A stretch of DNA of 64,000 bases from Tubulanus polymorphus (Eukaryota > Animalia > Nemertea): positions 3,534,001-3,598,000 of the forward strand of contig NC_134031.1 of the NCBI RefSeq assembly GCF_964204645.1. The letters run 5' to 3'. The translations under genes and the position numbers were made by a program. Below, piece by piece: positions 14,501-64,000 of this stretch. Every line of letters begins with the position of its first letter. Position 1 is the first letter of the stretch. Below the pieces are notes generated by a model. That model saw nothing but the letters and a program-made list of their open reading frames with translations, made no database searches and had not been told where the DNA came from.

Positions 14501-17500
14501 GAGCAATAATGTCTTACTGAGTTTGGGGGCACTAATGTCTTATGTCACCCTAGGATTCCTGTGAATTTGAATCTCTCTGTTTAGATTCCGGTTTTTTCGT
14601 CCGTTTGTGATTTTTCTTATGGTATTTACTTTTATATTACAGGGAAACAGCGCAATATGGGAACATCATACTGAAGAAAGGTCTCGTCTTGTCTTAGTGG
14701 TCTTATTTAAGTCTTTTGAATGGTAATTTGAAGAGAACAAACTATAGGGCTATTAGATATAATAATACATGTGAAATCATGTCTGTAAATGTGATTAGCG
14801 AGAAATTATTTCTGTAAATAGACAATAAAGAATTGATACAATCGCTATTTTGACATTCCTATGTATCTGTTTGCACTTTTGTTACACCTCTGTTCAGCAT
14901 CCCACTTCTTTATGAACGATTGCCATCTATTGGAATTTCAATGAACTGACTATTTGTTCATCTTCCTAGTTTCTACAAAACGTTGAAATATCACTCGCCA
15001 TCTTATGGGTATAATCGGAACTAAAGTATAGTACCAAATATATTAACCAGATGGCATATGTTATTTCTACATATCGAAGACGAGAGACATTGACAAAATG
15101 AACTTACTTCACGTAGTCAGTTCAGCGAAATTCCAATAGATGGCGATCGAATCGGAATTGCGATCGACGGCATACGTAGGATACGCCGCTTTATCTTATA
15201 TTCAACATCCAGTCCGCACAGAATCAGTATCATTACATCGGATTGGAACCTAGGACACATCTGTTCCGCAAAACTTCTATTTAGCATCCATCTCACTTCT
15301 CAGAGGCAGCATCATCAATATACCGGGTTCGAACCCAGGACATCTGGCAGTTGAGTTCACTATAAACATAATAAAGAATCAAAGCAAATCGCTGCAATGA
15401 AAATACTTTTTGATGATTTATTTCTTCAGGCATGTACAAGTACATAATAATCACATGTCTTTTAAATACATTTCTTTTAACAATTACCATCACGATGCAT
15501 CACAAGTTAACAGTACTAATATTAATTCACTTCTACCCACATGCACTAGACAGCACCAAACTTTCTAGATAATGATATTTCTATTCATCTATTCATGAAA
15601 AAACTTCTGGTGGTATTTTCCTAGGTAAAATGTTCATGACTAGTTAATCTGAATGAATGGCTGGCCCGAATATGAACTGTAACTTAATAAAACCTTACCC
15701 CGAGATACAACACACTGGATTGTAAATTATAGGAATAAATATATCAATTATAATTATTAGGAATCAAGTTTAAACGGGTTTTGAGTATTTCTTGTTCTTT
15801 TCTTATAGGTTTGTGTATCCCTGAACTACTGACTGCGATATTGAAACTATTTCCTCTTGATACTTGCGATGAGAATCCGGTAAGTTTATTGGTGTTAATT
15901 GCTGCTCATGTTATCGTCGCCTCATTAGTGTTGTCGTTAAATTTGGTCTTAAAATCTTTTCTACAGGAAATTTTGATGGATTTGTGTGGATCAGTTATGG
16001 CGAAGGGATTACCAGTGCCGATATGGGACAAATACAAGCAGATAGTGAATTCATCTGAAAATCGAGAGGTAGCCTGTATATTAATCATCTCGATAATTAT
16101 ACTTGTAATCGTAAGATTGTATTGATAATTCAAAAACATTGGTCTCGTTTTTGTTGATTTTCAGGTCCAAACTCTCTCAATCGATCGTTTTGATTTCTAT
16201 GATAGGGCTAAGAAATCATTTGCTATTGTCCATACAGGGTGAGTTTTACTGTTTGCTTCTCTTGTTAGTAGTACTGCTAAATGCCTTTTTATGAGTTAAT
16301 ATGGAGCAATAATGTCTTACTGAGTTTATTGGGTGCACTAATGTCTTATGTCACCCTAGGATTCCTGTGAATTTGAATCTCTCTGTTTAGATTCCGGTTG
16401 TTTCGTCCGTTTGTGATTTTTCTTATGGTATTTACTTTTATATTACAGGGAAACAGCGCAATATGGGAACATCATACTGAAGAAAGGTCTCGTCTTGTCT
16501 TAGTGGTCTTATTTAAGTCTTTTGAATGGTAATTTGAAGAGAACAAACTCTAAGGCTATAAAATATAATACATGTGAAATTATGACTGTAAATGTGATTA
16601 ACAAGAAATTATTTCTGTAAATAAACAATAATGAATTGATACTTAAATCGCTATTTTGACATTCCTATTTATCTGTTTGGCATTTTGGTACACCTCTGTT
16701 CAGCATCCCACTTCTTTATGAACGATTGCCATCTATTGGAATTTCAATGAACTGACTATTTTTGTTCATCTTCCTAGTTTCTTCAAAACGTTGAAATATC
16801 ACTCGCCATCTTATGGGTATAATCGGAACTAAAGTATAGTACCAAATATATTTACCAGATGGCATATGTTATTTCTACATATCGAAGACGAGAGACATTG
16901 ACAAATGAACTTACTACACGTAGTCAGTTCAGCGAAATTCCAATAGATGGCGATCGAATCGGAATTGCGATCAACGGCATACGTAGAATACGCCGTTTTA
17001 TCTTATATTCAACATCCAGTCCGCACAGAATCAGTATAATTACATCGGATTGGAACCTAGGACACATCTGTTCTGCAAAACCTCTATTTAGCATCCAGCT
17101 CACTCCTCAGAGGCTGCATCATCAATATACTGGGTTCGAACCCAGGACACCTGGCAGTTGAGTTCACAATAAATATAATAAAGAATCAAAGCAAATCGCT
17201 GCAATGAAAATACTTTTTGATGATTTTTTTTCTTCAGGCATGTACAAGTACATAATAATCACATTTCTTTTAAATACATTTCTTTTAACAATTACCATCA
17301 CGATGCATCATAAGTTAACAGTATTAATATTAATTCACTTCTATCCACATGCACTAGACAACACCAGACAAACTTTCTAGATAATGATACTTTTATTCAT
17401 CTATGCATGAAAAAACATCTGGTGGCATTTTCCCAGGTAAGATGTTCATGACTAGTTAATCTGAATAAATGGCTGGCCCGAATATGAACTGTAGCTTAAT

Positions 17501-18320
17501 GAAACCTTACCCCAAGATACAACACACTTGATGGTAAATCATAGGAATAAATATATCAATTATAATTATTAGGAATCAAGTTTAAACGGGTTTTGGGTAT
17601 TTCTTGTTCTTTTCTTATAGGTTTGTGTATCCCTGAACTACTGACTGCGATATTGAAACTATTTCCTCTTGATACTTACGATGAGAACCCGGTAAGTTTA
17701 TTGCTGTTAATTGCTGCTCATGTTATCGTCGCCTCATTAGTGTTGTCGTTAAATTTGGTCTTAAAATCTTTTCTACAGGTAATTTTGATGGAATTGTGTG
17801 GATCAGATAAGGCGAAGGGATTACCAGTGCCGATGGGACAAATACAAGCAGATATAGTGAATTAATCTGAAAATCGAGAGGTAGCCTGGTAAATCAATCA
17901 TGTCGATAACTAACTATATTTGTAATTGTAAGATTGTATTGATAATTCAAAAACATTGCTTTTGTTTTTGTTGATTTTCAGGTCCAAACTCTCTCAATCG
18001 ATCGTTTTGATTTCTATGATAGGGCTAAGAAATCATTTGCTATTGTCCATACAGGGTGAGTTTTACTGTTTGCTTCTCTTGTTAGTAGTACTGCTAAATG
18101 CCTTTTTATTCGTTAATATGGAGCAATAATGTCTTACTGAGTTTATTGGGTGCACTAATGTCTTATGTCACCCTCGGATTCCTGTGAATTTGAATCTCTC
18201 TGTTTAGATTCCGGTTGTTTCGTTCGTTTGTGATTTTTCTTATGGTATTTACTTTTATATTACAGGGAAACAGCGCAATATGGGAACATCATACTGAAGA
18301 AAGGTCTCGTCTTGTCTTAG
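8537..18320 (+). pseudogene. FUOM: Six 5'-truncated FUOM copies (exons 3-6 only); five disabled, one (15809-16503) intact
   Basis: Copies 2 and 3: exon-3 acceptor AG>AT and a +1 frameshift in exon 4, and copy 3 also has TAT>TAA in exon 6. Copies 4 and 5: +2 frameshift (CAGATATAGTG). Copy 7: -2/+2 indels and an in-frame TAA. Copy 6 keeps its frame and all splice sites. Confidence 0.88.
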
Positions 18321-20474
18321 TGGTCTTATTTAAGTCTTTTGAATGGTAATTTGAAGAGAACAAACTCTAGGGCTATAAAATATAATACATGTGAAATTAT
18401 GTCTGTAAATGTGATTAACAAGAAATCATTTCTGTAAATAAACAATAAAGAATTGATACTTAAATCGCTATTTTCACATTCCTATTTATCTGTTTGGCAT
18501 TTTGGTTCACCTCTGTTCAGCATCCCACCTCTGTATGAACGATTGCCATCTATTGGAATTTCAATGAACTGACTATTTGTTCATCTTCCTAGTTTCTTCA
18601 AAACGTTGAAATATCTCTCGCCATCTAATGGGTATAATCGGAACTAAAGTATAGTTAGTACCAAATATATTAACCAGATGGCATATGTTATTTCTACATA
18701 TCGAAGACGAGAGACATTGACAAATGAACTTACTACACGTAGTCAGTTCAGCGAAATTCCAATAGATGGCGATCGAATCGGTATTGCGATCAAAGGCATA
18801 CGTAGGATACGCCGTTTTATCTTATATTCAACATCCAGTCCGTACAGAATCAGTATCATTACATCGGATTGGAACCTAGGACACATCTGTTCTGCAAAAC
18901 CTCTATTTAGCATCCAGCTCACTCCTTAGAAGCAGCATCAATATACTGGGTTCGAACCCAGGACACCTGGCAGTTGAGTTCATGATAAACATAATAAAGA
19001 ATCAAAGCAAATCGCTGCAATGAAAATACTTTTTGATGATTTATTTCTTCAGGCATGTACAAGTACATAATAATCACATTTCTTTTAAATACATTTCTTT
19101 TAACAATAACCATCACGATGCATCACAAGTTAACAGTATTAATATTAATTCACTTCTACCCACATGCACTAGACAGCACCAGACAAACTTTCTAGATAAT
19201 GATATTTCTATTCATCTATGCATGAAAAAACTTCTGGTGGTATTTTCCCATGTAAAATGTTCATGACTAGTTAATCTGAATGAATGGCTGGCCCGAATAT
19301 GAACTGTAACTTAATAAAACCTTACCCCGAGATACAACACACTGGATTGTAAATTATAGGAATAAATGTATCTCGTCATTATACAGGTATCAATTTGCAG
19401 CGAGTAGCCACTCCCTTCTGACATTCACCATTGTTGTGTGAAGCCTTGATGATAAGAACGGTGATTAGATAGAGCTTCGCACATCTTATGGGGTGGTTAC
19501 GGCTCAAGATTGATGGTCGCATTTCATGACATTTTCAGTTTTTGCAACAGGGTTCAATTGGCAGAGAATTGCCATAGTTTTCATTTAGATTTTGACTGAA
19601 GAAATGAGAAGCAAACTGTGGATGTTTAACATAACCTACGGGTGGATTGGATCCTGCACGTTATAACATCTTAGCAGCTGCTGTTGTTTTCTCAATGTGA
19701 CATTCTACGGCATCCAGTAAGTCATTGAAACGAAATCAGGCAGATGGACTGAGAATACGAGTTATAAGACCTCGGTCTTCGCGTGAACTTTCAGTCTCTG
19801 CTCTAATTAAAATATTCAGCCTGGACAAACGCAACTCGACCGTCGAGAGAATAAACACAATTTCAATTTACTGCAGCAGCGTTTGAGTTAATAAACCGGA
19901 CAATATTGACAAATTGCATCCACAATGTTTACAATATGTGTAGTAGTGAACTCTCAGACGACAAGAGTTTAATGATTACTAGTCAAGATACATTTCTACC
20001 CATTTCCCCAACTGAAAATAGCCACAGTTTCACTATAAAACAGGCTCCCGGATCGGACCTGCCCATCTTCTGTAATCTACTAACATTATAAGACATACAT
20101 CTTATCCAAGTATCCCTCCTATTTTTTTTCGACTGGTTTTGAAAATTGGTATAAAATATAAATCCTCGTTTTTCCTGTATACATGTATATACATAAGAGC
20201 GAATTTACACAATGATCTTCAGTTTGTACAATAACATTATTTACAACTTCATCAATTACATACATATGATATATATATATATATTACATTATATCCAAGC
20301 TCCGCGACGGAATACAAAACATCAACCTTGCACAATTTACCCACGAGTTCAATGCAGTCTTTCATTCTGCGATCAATCATTGATTTATCGATTTTTTTAA
20401 CCTCAAGCGATCATTAGATTTTCCACTGGGGGGTCTTGTAACGTATCCCGGTTAGTGAATTCATTGAGGAATGG

Positions 20475-20500
<26 letters not shown>
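20475..20500 (+). repeat. (CT)n microsatellite; a poly-G run follows at ~20577-20590
   Basis: Read directly from the sequence. Confidence 0.95.
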
Positions 20501-20507
<7 letters not shown>

Positions 20508-21271
20508 GTAAGTCATTTTAACGAGGAAGGCAGATTGAGGTGATTGAGATTTTGCCGAATGAGAAAATGAAATGGAGGGGGGGGGGGGGGTGGCTTCAAG
20601 TGCCCTTCAAAACATATTGTCAAAAATACGTCATATTTGGATCAAGAATACGTAGAATACAATCGATCAATCAAATTATCTTTTTTTAACCCAAAACAGT
20701 CCGGATTTAAGCCGATTTTCCTGAATTTACTTTTGATCTAAAATATCACGATTAGTGCATCTCTTGGGGTGTGTACAAGATGATGATAAATGGTGAATCA
20801 TCATATTTCAGCTCGGTTGAAACGAGGGATAAAAACTAGACAATCAATAGAAACCCTGAAGGTGTAATCATAACTAACCAGATATTGAGGTACGTGTATA
20901 TCGACGACAAATACTCGTCGTCGAGTCGATGCTTCCCGGCTAAATGTACTCATTGAGTTACGCCGTAATTACTATTCAATATTTACGGGTATTAAAAGCG
21001 ATGTACAAGCAACATGTATGATGCAGCTGAGGCAAAGATGGAAGATTTTAGTTTTTGATTATTCAGCAAAATGAAGAATAGATATTCTTTCGTCGCACCC
21101 GCATGATTCGCATTATTTTGGAGACAGCAAATGAATCCAGTTTATGAGAAGTTCGGATTAAACATCGTACTTGATAAACGTTTATGATTAGATAAGATCA
21201 TAATCCGAATCTAAACAGGTTTGAATGGGTAAAACAGGTATTCATTAAATTAATGATGAAGCCATCATCTG

Positions 21272-21585
21272 AAGAACTCAGAGATAACCGTTCAACTCGG
21301 AGATGACCATTTAACTCAAGAGATAACCGTTCAACTAAGAGATAACAGTTCAACTCAGAGATAACTTTTCAACTCAGAGATAACTGTTCAACTCGGAGAT
21401 ATCCGTTTAACTCAAGAGATAACAGTTCAACTAAGAGAAAACAGTTCAATTCAGAGATAACTAATCACCTCAGAGATAACAGGTCAACTCAGAGATAACT
21501 GTTCAACTCAGAGATAACCGTTCACTCGGAGATCACTATTCAACTTGGATGTAATTGTTTTTAATGCAAGAGATAACAGTTCGTT
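21272..21585 (+). repeat. Degenerate 19-20 bp minisatellite (AACTCAGAGATAACCGTTC-like)
   Basis: About 15 imperfect tandem units. Confidence 0.85.
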
Positions 21586-22872
21586 CAAGGTCCATACAAT
21601 TTTTGACTCGAGCAGTCTACTGTAGTGCAGAATGGTAGTGGCTCAATGTTCTAGGCATTGCTACCACCTGCCCTTCCTCACTTTACAGAATTTGCCTGTT
21701 CTAAGGACCATTGTTCCCGAAACGGGTACATGATCACATCATCGGCTTTCTAGTCTTGGCTTTTGCCCAGCTTCTGTCATTTCGGGCCCAGAGATATATA
21801 ATCTCATCAAAGAATAAATGTGGTCCCTATCCACTGAATATGAATTCGTTATCTATTACCCTGGTTTCCGCCAATCACTCATTAACAGTTTTTTTTTATA
21901 CATAAACACATATACATATATATATACACACACACGCACATCCGCGCCACCTATAGTTAATAAACAGTTCAACTCGCGACTTTAAAACCGGCCAGAAACG
22001 AATGCACTTAAATATCGCAAGTTGTACAACAGATCGCACCAGATCATGTATACGAACACAACCCGCGAAGAAAGAGGGAACCCATACTTACGCTAGTCCG
22101 TTCAGTGGTTCCCTCAAGATTATTTACTTTTTTCTCCAGTGCAAAGATGCTACTGATATGGAGAGTTGCTTCGACGAGGCATAAAAAGTGCAGTTGATCC
22201 GAATGGTTTCGGTCATCTGTCTTTCATGGTTTGTCGGTTTGAATGAAGGTCGTCGTACGTAGCTTCTCGGCGGTCGACGGTGATTCTCCTACCACGGAAT
22301 ATATCTTGAATAAACCCCCCCCTGAGCGGAGCTCAGTTCTTTGAGGAATAAAAAACGCCACAAATTTCATTACCAATCGCGTTTTGTCGCCGATTCTGTC
22401 TTCTGAAAATAGGTCGAGATCAGTTGCCCCGCTGATGAAGGAAACGAATTGAACCGGAGCGAGACACACACCCGTCGTACACACTCGCGGTGCACACTCG
22501 CGGCGCACACTCGCGGCGAACACTTACGAAGTATACTGTAACTCGATTCACAGAAGAATCGGCGATTCAGACGTGGATCGAGGGAGTTGCACGAGGCACA
22601 CGCAATCGCCTAGAAATAAAGAGCCCTTGAAAAATGTCAACTGGTTAGGCCTCGGAAGACCTCACCCATTCTGGGTTCATTCCCTAAAGCCCTTTTAGCC
22701 CATCTTACTCTTTATGACATTACATCTGACTCCACCCCTGTCTACTGGTCGGGCCACGTATGACGTACCCCTCGTCTCCGTAAATCCGCCCTAGTTGTTT
22801 TCGTTTATCTCATATATAGTTTTATTTATGCTGCCGGATATAATAAACTCCGCGAAGTTAAACAAGTATTCG

Positions 22873-62656
<39,784 letters not shown>

Positions 62657-63632
62657 CTGAAACGACAACAAATTAGAAATCGAACATGAATATGAAACTT
62701 CACAATTTCGAAACTAAATCCATAAGGCTGTGAGGCTCCTTTATTACTTGTGTAACAAGGCAAGTTACAACAGTTTCAAAATCAAGGCTTGCCTCGAATT
62801 GCGGGGATCCAACTAAAAGACAAAGGTAACTGAAATACAATATAGCATAAGAATAACCACAATATGATATGGAGAATATGTAATAAAAATCCGATATTCA
62901 GAATTTACAGAAAATATTTTCTTTAGTTCGTAGTTTTCTAAATGAATATGAGGTAAGACCTAGCACTTGAGTCAAAGTTCATTTTTGAATATTAAATAAA
63001 CCGATCATCATTTTCTGTTTAACTTAGTCCAAAGAAACTCTATTCATTAGAATGACATGAAATATCTGTTAAATCTTGCGCAGTCCCTTCGTTCGAAAAA
63101 CAGTATGAAAATCCACGGAAATAGAAATATTCAGAATAATTGAAAGGATACGTAAAAACCGATCACAAGTTTGTGATATAAAGCCTAACTAAAAAAACAG
63201 TTGAAAATTACTTTAAAGATCCTGAAGTCGCCGTGAAGTGATCGCCGAGAACGAATCAGAACGCATCTAATCGCAGAGTCGTTTCATGAATGAATATCAT
63301 TTCCTGAACGATCACAGTAATAGTAGTTTTATAGTATATACTGACAATAACGCAGCGAGAGATACATTTACAGCTGCTCTATATACATCTCCGGCTGAAT
63401 TTATAGTCAGTCTCGCGATCCCATTCAGTTCATCCGTTCATTTTCGCGGTATCCAGTTTTTGCCGGTGGATATTTTTCTCATGCAACGCAAACGCGGCAG
63501 CAGTTCGGGAAACGCGCAGGAAGGCCAAGAGGAGTCGAGAATAACACGAATAAAACATTCGACAGTGTTTACTGCGAAACATTTCTCGTTCTTTTTCTCA
63601 CCCTACCCCTCAGTCATTCAAAAATCGTGTAC

Positions 63633-63819
<187 letters not shown>

Positions 63820-64000
63820 CCACACCTGGGACAAAAAAGTAAATTTTCAGGCGCACAATAAGGAAAAATGAAGAATTAAAACAATCTTCAGAGGGACAGC
63901 AGAAATTGTTTCAGGGATAGCAATAGATTTTCATTAGCATAAAAAAAAAACCTACCAGGGACAGTGAGGCATTTTCAGGGACAATCCATGACAATTGGCA

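Larger units (their letters stand above)
6469..19372 (+). repeat. Tandem array of 7 x ~1.8 kb (unit starts 6469, 8537, 10336, 12141, 13951, 15761, 17573)
   Basis: Near-identical units begin GAATCAAGTTTAAACGG with a period of 1799-1812 bp. The same short ORFs recur at that period in the ORF track. Confidence 0.97.

Noticed and set aside
19373-19900. Possible decayed coding or transposase fragment on the - strand (FNDLLDAVECHIEKTT)
   Set aside because: Short, interrupted by stops, and I cannot assign it to a family without a tBLASTn/HMM search.

Overview
AT-rich, intron-containing animal DNA, most likely an invertebrate bilaterian (probably a lophotrochozoan). It is not prokaryotic and has no CRISPR array, rRNA or convincing tRNA gene. 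Left end: a compact gene cluster with the 3' part of an intronless rhodopsin-class peptide-receptor-like GPCR (1-833), apparently nested on the same strand in an ABCF1 intron, the last two ABCF1 exons (1728-2626, +), ANKRD45 (-, 3001-5737) and, head-to-head with it, fucose mutarotase FUOM (+, 6074-7477). A ~1.8-kb unit holding FUOM exons 3-6 plus ~1 kb of downstream DNA is tandemly repeated 7 times (6469-19372). Each unit also carries a cluster of four divergently oriented, bipartite CTCF-like motifs, the most unexpected signal in the window. The remaining ~40 kb is a PDE9-like phosphodiesterase gene on the - strand (12 phase-consistent coding exons, 22873-62656, first exon beyond the window). 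Its introns contain MITEs, minisatellites, microsatellites and alternating CpG-rich/CpG-poor blocks. Three ~250-bp insertions with 12-13 bp target-site duplications carry minimal hammerhead-ribozyme motifs and look like Penelope-like retroelement remnants; two of them are near-perfect palindromes. All calls were made by eye from the sequence, without database searches.
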